Assembly: GCA_964016885.1 (NCBI GenBank)
Contig: OZ024741.1
Coordinates: forward strand, 225,370,001-225,434,000
Direction of reading: 5' to 3'
From: Eledone cirrhosa
Taxonomy: Eukaryota
DNA: 64,000 bases
The notes beneath the pieces were generated by a model, which saw only the letters and a list, made by a program, of their open reading frames with translations, searched no databases and was not told the origin of the DNA. The position numbers and the translations under genes were made by a program. Below are positions 39,001-52,359 of the stretch, in pieces. Positions within the stretch are counted from its first letter, which is position 1. Each line of letters starts with the position of its first letter.

Positions 39001-41241
39001 GTAAAACGCCTCCAACTCCCGTGTCTGATGAGAAAGAGGAGCGCCAGATCTGGGGAAAACGAGCATGGAAGCATTTGCCAACATTTCCTTCAGGCGGTTG
39101 AAAGATGATAGTTCTTCCTCGTTCAGAGTGATGTCTTCGTTTTTCCGAGTCCGGTTGCGAAGAAGGTCCGTGAGGAGTCTGGCTGCGTCGGCACAATGAG
39201 GGATGAAACGCCTATAGAAATTCACCAAACCGGAAAATTCATGCAGTTTCAGAAGTGATGTAGCTGCGGGAAAATTGCGGATAGCTTCTACTTTCTCAGG
39301 AAGTGGACGAATGGCATCTTTATCAATGATGTGCCCGAGAAAGGACAGTGAAGGAACACTGAGAAGGCACTTGCTGGGGTTGAGGATAATACCGTACTCG
39401 GCTAAACGTTGGAAAAGAAGATCTAAGTGCTTCTCGTGTTCTTGCTCGGAAGTACTTGCTACTAGCACGTCGTCGATATACGCGTATACAAAGGGTAGCT
39501 CACGTAACACGGTGTCAATAAACCGCTGAAAAGTTTGTGCAGTGTTGCGCAGACCGAACGGCATTCGTAGGAATTCAAATAAACCGAACGATGTTGTGAT
39601 TGCGGTCTTCGGAATATCAGCAGGCTCCATAGATATCTGGTTATATGCGCGTACCAAATCTATCTTGGAAAAGATGCGTGCGCCTTGCAGAGAGGCAGAA
39701 AAGTCGTACAAGGGAGGTACAGGGTAATTATCGGGTACTGTGGAGTGCACGATAATCCCCACATGGTCGCCAATCATTCTCTGTTTTCTTAGGAACAAGG
39801 TGTAGGGGTGCATACCAGTTGCTGGAAGAAGGGCGAATTATTCCAAGGTCCAGCATGTATTGAAACTCCTGTTTGGCGATTCTCAATCGGTCGGGCAGCC
39901 GTGGGTGGCCCTCTCGTCTCGATATGATGTGTGACACTATGTTTAATAGGTCCATCCTTAAATACCGGGCGAGTGATATCTGGGTATTACTGGAGAATGC
40001 AGTTGTAACGCGAAGGCTCTGACTGGCAAATTACAGGGTTCACTGTGGATTGCGTGGTAAATATACCTCTCACAGTGAGGTTTGTGGTGGTGTCAATAAG
40101 CCACCGGTTCTTCATGTCCACCAAAAAGGTTGAAGTGGTGGAGAAAATCGGCTCCTAAGATAGGGGTCGGCAGGTCTGCCACGACGAACACCCATTGAAA
40201 AGACGCCTCAGACCTAAATTGAGGGTCAGTGATTTCTCCCCGAAAGTCGGAATTGTCGATCGGTTCACTGCCTCCAGAAAGGACGGTGTTGGATGTTTTT
40301 TTCCCGAGACTAGTGAAACAGGAATAACACTAACCTGGGCTCCTGTATCCACGAGGTAACGGACACCTGTCACTTGGTCGTTGATAAAAAACAGACGACT
40401 TTACTTCTTAGTATCAGGGGTGAACGTCGTCGCTAGGCCCTGGTCTGCCCGTTTCCCTGTGCGCCGAATTCTGTGTGATACCAGCAGAGATTGCCAGACA
40501 CACGATTTTGGCTGGGACTTCTGGATCTTCGACGGTGAAAGGGCCTGGATCGACTGTTGCTGCGCCGCCGGTGTGTTTGAAAGGTAAGGTTCTCTAATTG
40601 ATTTGAGAGGGCTTTAATTTGACCAGCCCTGCTCTCTGATCATAGCCCGCAGCTCTGAAATCTCGGCCTCTATCGTTGGTTGTGACATGTTCATGTTGGT
40701 TTCTTGTTAGGCTGCTGTCTGGTTGCGTGTTCGAATCACGTCGGAGTCACCAATTGTAGCGACGTGGTTAGTCGGTCTGGTTCGCTACTTGTGATCGAAT
40801 CTGAGAATATCCCTTAAAAGGACTGTTATCGCATACGGTCTGATCGGATCTGAGGATAGCCCTTCAAAGGACTGTTGTCACATACGGTAAGGATGAACAG
40901 ACGAAAGAACCAGTTGAAAGGACGACCGAGGCGATAGATGTAGTTTCGGTCAGCTGTTTATTTTCATACATAAAGCGACGGTACAGAGGTATAAGGCGTG
41001 TGTGCGTGACAAGTATCGCAAAGGAGCTGAACAATGATACGCGAGCTGACTCTGCCAAAGGTCGACTGGTGAAAGTGTTTGGAATCACTCTATTTATACA
41101 AAAATAATCGTTTAATGTTTAGCTGCTGCGTAGGCGTTTTATTTTGGTGGCTTAAGGGTTGTTTGTTTCTCGGTGAGGTAGCTAGTTAAGCAGATAGATA
41201 GAGTTGTTTATTTCACAGATGTTATTTCCGGTGGCTGTACA
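36013..41241 (-). mobile_element. Defective Ty3/Gypsy LTR retrotransposon
   Basis: LTRs TG..CA at 36013-36498 and 40755-41241, with a 4-bp TSD TATC. Minus-strand pol order is PR (LVDTGA), RT (MPFGL, YIDD), RNase H (YTDHKPL, NVAADALSR), IN (H..H..C..C, TDRG, GLVER), with many frameshifts. Gag is mostly missing. Confidence 0.95.
40721..40752 (-). promoter_or_regulatory. Primer-binding site complementary to the tRNA-Trp 3' end
   Basis: The plus strand GGTTGCGTGTTCGAATCACGTCGGAGTCACCA matches the 3' end of metazoan tRNA-Trp as I recall it. It lies 2 nt from the 5' LTR. Confidence 0.85.
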
Positions 41242-41371
41242 TATCTATAAATCCACCTATCTACAGCAATATCCACATTATTTCCTCTGTCCGATTTCAC
41301 GAGCTTCACCTCACTCCTTAAGCAAATGAGGGCTGCGATCTTGTCGATCGACTGTCGATATATATATATAT

Positions 41372-41605
41372 AATTGTTTCTACTTTTGGCACAAGGCCAG
41401 CAATTACCCCAGCGCGTGACTGGTACTTTACTTTATCGACCCCGTAAGGATGAAAGGCAAAGTTAACCTCGGCGAGATTTGAATTCAAATCATAAAGGAC
41501 CGAGTTCAAATCCCGCCGAGGTAAACTTTGCCTTTCATCCCTACGGGGTCGATAAAGTAAAGTACCAGTAATTGGTGGCTTTGTGCCTAAATAAGAAACC
41601 ATTAT
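41372..41605. mobile_element. Two partial main-family SINEs joined head-to-head
   Basis: A minus copy at about 41372-41500 and a plus copy at about 41501-41605 are both truncated near the B box. Confidence 0.85.
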
Positions 41606-42427
41606 TATATTACACTCTGTCTAGCTCTACACCTCGACACTGATGTGAACCTAAACATCGAGATATATGTATATATAAGTATATATTTACTTATATATAC
41701 ATATATATGTGTGTGTGTATGTATATATATACACACACATTCACATATATTTATATATATCTACGTATACAAGCGCACACAACTATTTTATTTAATACTA
41801 TTTCTGTTTCACCTTGACTTCGCTTACGTTTCTGTAGAGTTGAAATGGCTCCAGCCAGAGATCGAAATCGGGTCACATAATAGGAATAACAGATCACATC
41901 CAGCCAGGAGCTTACCTTTTATAAATAGGCTTCTACTCTAGATATTAAGCTAATTACAGAAGAAATATATTCGTACTGGTGTGTACATATATGTTTATGA
42001 AAAATAGTAGAGAAAATGGAAAAAAATACTGAAATTGTGTCGACCTCAAACGTGATGGCATTCAGTGAGTTCTGTGTGACCACATCCTTTCAAAATGGTG
42101 TAATGCTGTGGTCTCTGAGTTAATTTATGTAAGTGTTGATGTTACTTTGTTGTTCTTGTTAGTTTAACTGTGAAGATTGATGAAACAATTTTGTAACAGA
42201 ACGAAAACTCTTTATCTCACATCGGCGTCCTGTTTTATTAAAAGCTGGAACTTCTAGCGTTGTTACTTCAATTATCGTGTTCCCACCCAAGACTATTCGC
42301 TGACTAAATTTCAACTCTTTCTCTCTTTCTCTCCCATTTCACCCTCACACAAACTCTCCCCTCTCTCACTCTATTCCTCTCTCATTTTCATGAAAATATA
42401 GTCACGACAACATAGATACCAATAATA

Positions 42428-42647
42428 ACGGTTTCTTATGAAGGCACAAGGCCAGCAATTTTGTCGGAGGGGAAAGTCGATTAAATCGACCCCAGGGCAT
42501 GACTGGTACTTTATTTTATCGACGCCGTATCTATGAAAGGCAAAGTTAACCTCGGCGGAATTTGAACTCAGATCATAAAGGGCCGTAACTCTATGCTACA
42601 AAGCATGGTGCCTGACGCTCTACTGATACTGCCAATCCACCGCCCTA
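42428..42647 (-). mobile_element. Full-length SINE (long variant)
   Basis: Same head and body as 14744-14934, with an extra GGGGAAAGTCGATTAAATCGACCCC segment. Confidence 0.85.
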
Positions 42648-43633
42648 ATAATAGTTGATCTTCTTGACTCATTCTTACATCGAAGGTGAAGCATTTACTT
42701 TTTCTAATGCCTAGAATATATGCAGTTCGTCACACCTGCATACTCATAGATTTCTCCGCTAACTGGAGCAGTTCTGCCAAACTATTGTCGAATTAATAGG
42801 CCATCATCTGCGAAGCCACTGGTTCATGACGGTTAGGTCATCTAATTAAACAGATGAGCATCAAATGAGCTACTGATTACTATGAGACACGCAGCAGGTT
42901 ATTTATCGAGGCTTACTTATCTAGATCCGACCTGTTCTGCTAGACTCTCTCATGATAGCCGTATCAGAATAACCTAATGTAGGATGTGCCTCTTCACCAC
43001 ACAGGTCAGTCTTTGAACTGAAAGAAGCTATGTATATAATTCTCCGCCCTTTGTCGGTTTTTGTTTTTCAGGGTATCCAACCCTCCCCCTCCTCACCAAG
43101 CAAGCTTGATAAGGTTGCCGTTTTAGTCGTCAACGACCCGACCATGTGACAGGATGTACTGGTTTAAATGTTAGCAGTAGCTCACAGGAGTGAACTGACA
43201 ATAGTTGATAAATATAGATAATAATTGAATAAATCGGTTAAATTTCCCCCGGAGACGGAAATAACTAACAAGAGACGTCATTCTCCTTTTCTCTGCCTGA
43301 TAGGATATTTATCCCATATATTCAATTATCATTTATAGTTATTAACTATGATTATAGTTTTCTGCATTGTGGCGACTATATTTTCAAATTTCAAATTTCT
43401 AATTTGGCAATGTTTCGTTAGTCAACCAATCTGTTATATGAGTGTGTGTATTAAACAATGAAGTTAAAACAAAAGTTAGATATAGGTAGTTCATTGTTTT
43501 ACGATCGTTTCAGAGGGTTGATTGATCGTGGTAGATCAATATATCGACTAGCAGATAGTGGTTACGTCGCTACCAGTTTCTAGAAAGACGTTGAGAATGA
43601 TCAGGGATTTCCTTTGTACGTTTGTGTCTGTTC

Positions 43634-43696
<63 letters not shown>

Positions 43697-43700
<4 letters not shown>

Positions 43701-43752
43701 AACAAATCTTGGATCATCGGCAAAGGAGAAGATTTAACTATCTGTGATTACA

Positions 43753-43834
<82 letters not shown>

Positions 43835-43890
43835 TGTAATCACAGATAGTTAAATCTTCTCCTTTGCCGATGATCCAAGATTTGTTGACA
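43697..43890. repeat. ~59-bp inverted repeat with a (TA)n spacer, forming a continuous palindrome
   Basis: TGTCAACAAATCTTGGATCATCGG...ACACAC, then (TA)n, then GTGTGT...CCGATGATCCAAGATTTGTTGACA. Confidence 0.9.
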
Positions 43891-44924
43891 TCTATGAATC
43901 ACGGATTAATGGTGAAATATATTTCTTCAATGGAATATATATAAAGGAGATTAATCATTATTGCAAGGTATCTATATTCAAGGTTCTTGTTAATTTTTAA
44001 TATGTTACCCCGTAACTCTGTGTGTTTACACTCTTTACAAATTATCCCCTGTAATTGTTTGATATGTTTATTTTATATATATATGCCATTCGACTTTTAA
44101 TTTAATGTTAATAAATGCTCAGATTTATTACTTGGAATCTTTGAGCTTATTCCACAGTGGTATGGCGCATGCTTCTGATTTTCTCAGACATGGCATTTTT
44201 AATCTAATTTTGGTAGTATATATATACTCCCACAAATACCTACGTATACAAGTAGCTGGCAGGGAAGTGTCCCTTAGATATAGGGACCAACTGCAAACGG
44301 GTTTACCCAATGAATAAGCAGGTGTGGAACAACTGCGAGAGCTACCAAGATTGCAGTGGATTAGTTGGTTGCGGTCAAAGGAGATTTGCTTCTCTTTAAA
44401 AATGCTGCAATGATCTATGACTGGGTCCTGACGAAGTGAATGTAGACAGCCTTCTAAATATTCTGTCCTTGGTGGAAGAATTCTTTCGAAACAGATGATC
44501 AGCTGCATCAACTGCAGTTTTACCAAGAATCTACGCGTGAGCAAGGATGTGGGCACCCTAAACATGTATAACTGTCCGGTAACATCTCTTAATAAAACAA
44601 TGGCAATTAGTCTTATGAAACGAAGACAATGTTGGAAACGAGAACCCTCCAGCCTCTTCAGAAGGTATATTTGGAGAATGATTTGGTTGCTATTTCTAGC
44701 GGCCTACTTTCTCTTGTAATTGTATGATGGAATCGTAGGGTCACCGTCGTGACATACGGCGTATCTTGGGCATCTTAAGTCTAGTGAAGCCCATCGCCTC
44801 TCTATGTCTGAACAAAGCCGATCTATTCCAGAGGAGGTGAAGGATGAGGAGAGAGAGAGAGAGAGATTCATAGAGATGAAGAGAGAAAAAGATATAAAGA
44901 AAGAATCCACCACAGTACTGGATT

Positions 44925-45066
44925 CATACCTTGTTTTATTGACCTCGAAATGATGAAAGGCGAAGTTGAAATAGGCGAGATCGTGGCTGTGACAGCGCGG
45001 ATAGCTGAAACAAATACCGCAAATCATTCTACCCGATATTCTAAAGACTCCACTAATCCGCCGCCT
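44925..45066 (-). mobile_element. Old diverged SINE copy
   Basis: GTTTTATTGACCTCGAAATGATGAAAGGCGAAGTTGA...CTAATCCGCCGCC resembles the main SINE. Confidence 0.6.
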
Positions 45067-45591
45067 TCTTTTCTAATTCTGGAACTCTTTTCTGTGTAAT
45101 GACCGGGACACCTACATTCTCTTATAGTTCAACTTTTTGTTTCTATATTTTTGAAGCAATGACCTTCGTCTTAAACTTAAAGAATTGTTCGCTCTAGTAA
45201 GGTGATAAATGTTTACTTTCATTACTGGTAACCGTCAAACCACCTAAAATAGATATTAACCTTGCTTTAATCTAATTATTTTAAAAATATCAAAAAGAAG
45301 ACATCAACAAACCTCAATGAAATGGAAGCTTGTACATAAATCTTAAGAAAAATCGTAGCGAAGAAATAAAATTTATGACGAATGAAAAAATAAAAATAGA
45401 AATCAAACATATTTAACACATTTAAATAAAAAAAGATGAAAACCACGTGACCATAATAATTAAATTATAGCAAGAAAGTCTGATTTTTACGACTATTTTT
45501 GTATTATTTTCTAAATCAAGATTATTATTACCGGTGATCCATTTCTGTTTCCCTCGCTATATTATATGTGTGTGTATGTGTGTGTGTGTGC

Positions 45592-45622
<31 letters not shown>

Positions 45623-45861
45623 TGTATGTATGTATGTATGTATGTTCTGGTTTTATAATTTCACAAAGTTTTACCAATAGAGAGAGAGTCGGTTTCTAAC
45701 ATAGACACAAGACTCTCTCATAGGAATTTACACAACATCAACTACGTAGATTATGTATGCATGTGTAGATATGGATGTTATTGTATGTGTGGATGTGTAT
45801 GTTTTGAGTTGCATGTGTGCATGTGTATATGCTTTGTATCTGTACATGTGTATATGCTGTT

Positions 45862-48800
45862 ATTAGATGCAAACATTTTGGAATGTTTATCATATTTTTA
45901 CTGTTCCATTAATGGATCGTACTTGTAATTTCCTAACTAGTTGTGTTCTTTCTATTCTCGTGAAGCCTAGCTTCTCAAGATTTGTATTGAGACAGTTACT
46001 AACATACCTCAGTGCCCCAATAATCACAGGTATAAATCTGAAGGTGTAATCAGGGTGGAGTATCTGCAGATTTCTCATCAGTTCTGCATAAATATTCTCT
46101 TTTCGCTAATCTTTGATATTATATTGGCATCTGCTGGGCAGCTAGTTTCCACTACTGTGCATGCTTACTTCTCGCTGTCCCATATCATAATATCTGGTAT
46201 GTTATGCCTGCATTTTACTGGGGTTTTTACTGGTACATTCCACCAGTACTCTTTCATATTATGTACATGGATGTCTTCCACATTGCTGTAGCTTTTAATG
46301 TGTTTATTATCGGGGCTATCTTTTTTACGAACTGCATTGTACAGTGTTTTGGCCAGTACATCATGCCTCATAGGTAGATAGTACCGCGATGACATCTTTG
46401 GACAGCTGCTTATGACATGGGTGACATCTTCGATGTTAATTCTGCAGAGTCTGCACTTGATATCACATCTAGGTGTTTTGCCTGCATCCCTATCTCTTTT
46501 GTGAATCAGGTATTTCGTGTTAATCTCCTGTACTGGGATTGCAAAAGCGTATCCTTCAAAGTGGAAGCTAATATAGCGGTTGTTGGTCCAAGATAGACTA
46601 CTTTCCTTATCTTTATTACTCTCACTCTGGAGCTTCCTGGCAATATATCCATGCATGATTTTTTGCTGATAAGCATGCAGTTTTTCATCCATAGATTCAC
46701 TGCGATACTGCTGAGCGACTTCCCTGGGCGTGAGCTTTTGATTATCACACAGGGAATATCTCTCGAGGAGTTCCTTCCCAACTCTCACGATCTTATCTGT
46801 TTCATCCAGATAGACTTGTTTTAGAAACGGGGTCCTACACTTCGAGGATCGTAGATGTTGTCGGAGGGATATGATGCGACATTCAAATGTTGTCTGGACT
46901 CATGTTAGGCCTCTACCTCCCTGCTTACGTTTCAAGTAAAGGCGGTCTATGTCACTGTTGATGTGGAAGTTTCAGGTGTTGTTTGGTATTTTTCGAGTTC
47001 CAACATCAACTGCTCGGATTTCGTCTATCGTCCAATTGAGTATTCCAAACGTTGGTGTTAGGACAGGCACAGCAAACACATTGTGAGCCACTGTTTTGTT
47101 TTGTGCAGAGAGTTCCGATGACCAAATCTTTCTTGATCGGGTGTAGTATTCCCTGGTTACGCGTTCCTTATTACAGATACCATTATAGGATATGTTCTCA
47201 TCTATCACCAGGTATCTGTAGTAGTCCTCATCAGATATCGGTGAAACAGTTAGGCCATTGATGACAATGTTGCTAGATTGGGCTTATGTTTTTCCCCGCT
47301 TTACAGTCATATGAGCATTTATCTTGGTCAAACTCCATTCCTATATCCTTCGAGAACGTTGTAACCAGGTCAAAATTTTTCTTCATCCCATCTATGTTCT
47401 TGGCATAGAGTTTCAGATCATCTACAAATAAATTATGGGTTAGGTTCGTATTTCTATCCTCCTGTGAGCCAAAAGAACAAGGGGTTTAATGACAGGATGA
47501 ATAATATCACAGAGAGACTGTCCCCCTGAAATATACCCCTGCGATATTTTATTTTATCAGTGAAAATAGAGTCCTCCCTCTCTGTCTTTAACCTTAGGAT
47601 AGTAGCCCAAGAAGAAGACAGCCTCTCTATGGCTCTGACAATAATGTCTGGGACTTTAGTAAGTTGGAGGGCCTCTATCATCCAAGAGTGGGGAACAGAA
47701 TCGAAAGCTTTCTTGTAGTCCAGCCAGACTGTAGCCATATTCCTCTTAAGTTGTCGCACCTCCGACATCGCAGTTTTGTTGATTAGGAGTTGTTCAGCAC
47801 ATCCCGAAACCCCTTTCTTTCCAGCTGCTTGTTCATCTGTAATGATGTTATTATTTTCACAGTGATCTTGGAGGAATAGGTTCAGGCAGGCTGTATACAT
47901 CTTATACATCAGCTTCTGGCATGCAATGGGTCAGTAGTTTTTTGCCAAGTGGTGTCTTTGTTCTTGGGGATCAGTAACGTTTGTGCTAATGTCAACCAAT
48001 CTGGAATAAGTGTATCTCCCTTAAGAACTTGTTGGTAGAGGTCAGTAAGATAATTCTGATAGAATATCAGTTTTTTGTACCAGTAGCCGACAATGATGTC
48101 TCTTCCTGGTGTTTTCTTATATTGGAGTTTTTCTATCACAGTCTCAAGGGTACCCTCACTTATTTCATATGTTTTTGTTGTAGTATAGGAGCAATAGTTC
48201 TTTCGGATTTCTTTTACCCACACTGCATCTTGGTTTAAATTCTTCTTTCCACCCATATTTTCTTTAAAAAAAATCTATGTCTTTCTGGGATGTGGCCTCA
48301 GTGACACTTATTATTTTGTTCTTGATATCCCTATAGACTGATGTTGGGTTTCGTCTGAATCTTTTATTAAGCACTTTTCTCTCATCTACCTTCTTCAGGT
48401 ATCGGCGTTTTTCGCTAACAGCTCTCAATTCTTGTTTGAGGGTGATCAGCTTATATTGAAGAGTTCTGGTTCTACTGTTACCAAACATCGTCTCTATTTT
48501 ATTTTTCACTCTTTGTTGGTGAGGAGTGAGGTTTTTTTTGTGTTTGTTTGCATGTAAGGAGCATTGTCACATATTCTATGGTTTTTTTGTAGGTCAGCAC
48601 TCTTTTTTCTATTTTAGTTATATACGATGGTATTTTTGGTGCTGTTTTGTTCTTGTTAATAACTCTGCTATCACCAAGATAATGCTTCACTATCGTTACT
48701 AAGGCATATAAACAGGCGTTGATTTGCCAAAATGTTGGGGTTTTTAAATATTCATCCCCTATTTCATCAATAACACGTAATATTTCATTATTTGTTTTTT

Positions 48801-49500
48801 TTTATTAAATATTGTCGTTTTAATACGTTCAGCAAGAGAGATATTTATACATGAATTAATTTCTCACTGGAAGATTTCGTTGAGGGAAATTGTCAATTGT
48901 TTATACTTTTGATTATTATCATTATTGATAGTATTTTCTACAACAGTCGAGGTAGACTCGGATGGTACACGTGTTGTCAAATTTTTTATTATTATTTCTA
49001 CGATTATTATTATTATCGATAGTGTTTTCCCCAGCATTCGAGGTAGACTTAAATGGTACAGGTGGTGTCAAATTTCTTACAGGCATAGTTGTTTCAAGCC
49101 GCTGTTCGACCTGGCTGCTAGCACGTGTTGTGGATCCCATGTTTATTGTGGGGAACTTACAATTAATAATATTTATCTTATTTTTACGTTCAACAAACGT
49201 CGCTTGTTGGCGTAATTGTTTCGCTGTGAAATAATTTAGCTCTGGGTGCATTTCGTCCCAGTGTAGCTTCATTCTGTTCATATAGCCAATGGAGGGATTG
49301 TTTTTGCCATTTTATAACAATTAAATAAATCATCATTAGGTTCGCAACTCCAAGAGAAATGCGATTTATAATTTCGGTTTCTTCTGTAGCTACAACTGAA
49401 TAAAGTTTGTTTCCCTTTCTCGTTATTTGCCTTCGATACTTCCTTAATTTTATTGTTGATGTGTTCAACCATGCTGTTTGTAGCAAATCCTTGTAAAATG
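45862..49500 (-). mobile_element. Degenerate R4-clade LINE of a second family
   Basis: Fragments KTPGRD, WLDYKKAFDSVPH, GIFQGDSLS, FVDDLKL, CRLC..HVISSC..MRHD, PDIMIWD and PVIIGAL occur in colinear order with many frameshifts. The 5' boundary is approximate. Confidence 0.9.
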
Positions 49501-49729
49501 AACTATGTATTCAGTCGGATATCTCTACGAATGCGAATAAAAGGTGTCTTCAGAAGATATATTTAGAAGAATAAGCAGTTATTCAACATGACTGTAGTTG
49601 TGGCATTACTGTCGGAGATAGTATTCATTTGAAATTTAATAAATAGTCTCCCACGCGAAAACACGTTGACTGTGTTCTGTATGTATATGTATGTATTTGT
49701 GCATGCATGTATGTATGATTGTATGTGTG

Positions 49730-49760
<31 letters not shown>

Positions 49761-49771
49761 GTGTGTATGTA

Positions 49772-49845
<74 letters not shown>

Positions 49846-49909
49846 CCTCTCTCTCTCTCTCTCCCTCTCTCTCTCTCTCTCTGTCTCTTTATATATATAT
49901 ATATATAGG

Positions 49910-50760
49910 AGGAGGTTATAGTTCACTTGAAGCATTGTGTAATGAGGAATAAACGTTTGAATATGTATAATAAAGCCAAAACAATGCAGGTATGGACATA
50001 GACAAAAGAATGCAATTGCAAAAGATATTGTTGACAATTCGTCTTTTACCTTAGATTTATTTTAAACGTCCTTAATTTTCGAGATAATATCTCTTCTTCA
50101 GAGGGAAATAAAGGTCTCAGACCAGCGTTCTAAATATCTTGCCAAGCCATGCTGCCAGGAAATAGTATAGAGTTTCTGTTCTATCTCTAATGTCAAAGAG
50201 TTAAAATTAGGTGGATAAAGAGTAGTCTCCCTTTAAAAGGGGTTTGTTTAGGGTTTTTTTTTTTATATACAAGCCTGTTTAAGTGTGTGGGAGAATGCAT
50301 GAAGGTGTAAGTATGTGAGTGTGTGTGTGTGCGTGTGAGAAGATAAGTCTATTCGTAAATGTGGGGGATAGGTGTTATCTGGTGTTAGAACTGGTTTTGT
50401 GTGTGTATGTGTGAGAGAGAATAAGTGGAGGTGTAAGCGTGTGTGTGTGTGCGCGTGTGTGTGTGTATGGAGTGTGTAAATATGGGGCTAGAAGCCCTAT
50501 CAGGTTATAAATTGGGTGTTGAGTTCTAGTCTATTATTGATAGGTGGTTGTGTTTTATCTATAATTAGTGCTTCCTTAATTCTAAGATTGCCGAGGTTTC
50601 TTTCCTTAGTTTCTATCCTAACTGTTATGGTTTTGTCTGTGTTTTTGCATTTAACTAGGTGTTTCTTAACTGAGGAAGCGTTAGTATTGAGGTGTTCTTT
50701 TATTCTTATGTGGAGTGGTCTGGTGGTGCTATGTCTCTCCACCACTCGCCTACACACCTT
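49910..50760 (-). mobile_element. Penelope-like element 3' fragment (GIY-YIG C-terminal half + 3' tail)
   Basis: TTRPLHIRIKEH..VKKHL..C..IKEALII..PPIN at 50500-50730. A hammerhead-like motif (CTGAAGA-A-GAGAT/ATCTC-GAAA) lies downstream at 50070-50105 on the same strand. Confidence 0.75.
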
Positions 50761-50784
50761 TTGAACTCTGTTCCCACACACTTC

Positions 50785-50820
50785 TCACCTGAGGAAGGGC
50801 TTATGCCCGAAACGTCGTCC
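50785..50820 (+). ncRNA. Minimal hammerhead motif with decayed stem I
   Basis: AC-CTGAGGA-A-GGGC(ttat)GCCC-GAAA-CGTC|GT, followed by AATAAA and (TA)n. Confidence 0.6.
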
Positions 50821-50930
50821 CCCACCTACCCCCCACTCTCCTGAGCGTGAAATTAATAAACATTTATTGTACTGCCTCTCTGTTTTGTCCCTGTTCAAAA
50901 AATGTTTTCATTATATATATATATATATAC

Positions 50931-51110
50931 GATATTAAATAAGTGGAAACTATATTTATAAAACCATATTTATTTCATTATATATATTTCAGGGATATCA
51001 TATTAAAAATATGGTATGCCTTCATCAGACAAAATACAATATAAACAGTCTTATAAATAGATAGATTTGACATACCTTACAACTTCAACTTCCATTTAAA
51101 AAGTTGATTT
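50931..51110 (-). ncRNA. Second copy of the 13865-14202 element, with a hammerhead at 50971-51036
   Basis: Colinear with 13868-14040. The core is CTGATGA instead of CTGAGGA, a change at the variable N7 position. Stems I and III are unchanged. Confidence 0.75.
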
Positions 51111-52359
51111 GGTAGTGAAAAATGTTAGGGACAGTTATAGAGAAAAAAAGAAAGAAAGAAAGAAAGCGAAGAAGAAATGCATGCAACGAAAAACAGAGAG
51201 AGATAGATATAGAGAGATAGATAGAGAGAAGAAATTCATGTAAAGAAAAAACAGAGAGAGATAGATAGAGAGAGAAAAAAACAGAGGGAGATAGATAGAG
51301 AGAGAGAGAAAAGAGAGAGAGAGAGAAAAAGAAATAGAGAGAGATAGATATAGATAGAGATAGAGAGAGAGAAAAATAGGTAGTTGGGCACCAGTTGAAT
51401 GACGTATCAATGATATATTTATTTATTTATTTATTTATTTAGTTCTAGTATTAAGGTAGAGAGAGATATATGTGGTTAGGAGAGAAAACAGCCGTTACAT
51501 AGAGAGAAAAGAAAAATATCCAGAGATAAACGAGGCAGATTTAAAACATTATGTTTCATCAATCTAAAATATCAATTCGTATGAATTAGGTATTATAATG
51601 TAAATATCAGTATTCATGAATGAGACACGTATCAATAATGTGTGAAAAATAATGATCATATGTCTAGTTTAAAATTCCTAGGTTTATAATCAGAACTGAG
51701 TTAAAACTTCAAAAAAAAAATTGAAATACATAAGTATATATGCACTTTCATGAACAAAGAAAAAGAAAATAGAAGGTTATCCCAGGTTCGATACTATAGA
51801 CATCCATGTGAATTTACGTGATCAACTCTGCAAATTGCCATATCACATGAAAACATTCTCATTGTGCTATAAAAATTCTAGTATACATATATGTGTACAT
51901 ACACACAAATATATATAGAATCTACATTAATTTTAACAATAATATTCTTGTCTTTACTCTACATGATTATCGTTCGAGCATAAAATAGACAACAGATATC
52001 AATATATCAATAAAAAATAAAACACAGTATGCCCCGCAAATCAACCACAGAAATCTACCCTTCAAAATTAATTGACAATATATTGCCAAGTTCATTATAA
52101 ACATCAGAATCAAAACCAAACAAAACCAAAATTATTCACCAAATCCTGTCCAGCAGAAATCATTCCAAAAGTTTAGGATACCCATTTGATCTACAGATGG
52201 TCTTATATTTATTATAGAAGTTTATCTAGTGTAAAATTTATTCGGAGCATCATCTTTAGTTTAATTATTCATGAAGAATGTTTAAAAAAAAAAAAAAAAA
52301 AGAAATCGAAAGATTTATCGGCGAGTTTCATAAATAATTACAAATCATAAGTAAATATA

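Noticed and set aside
44128-44700. 145-aa minus-strand ORF ending AIPLWNKL
   Set aside because: It faintly resembles a decayed LINE C-terminus, but no diagnostic motif supports a call.
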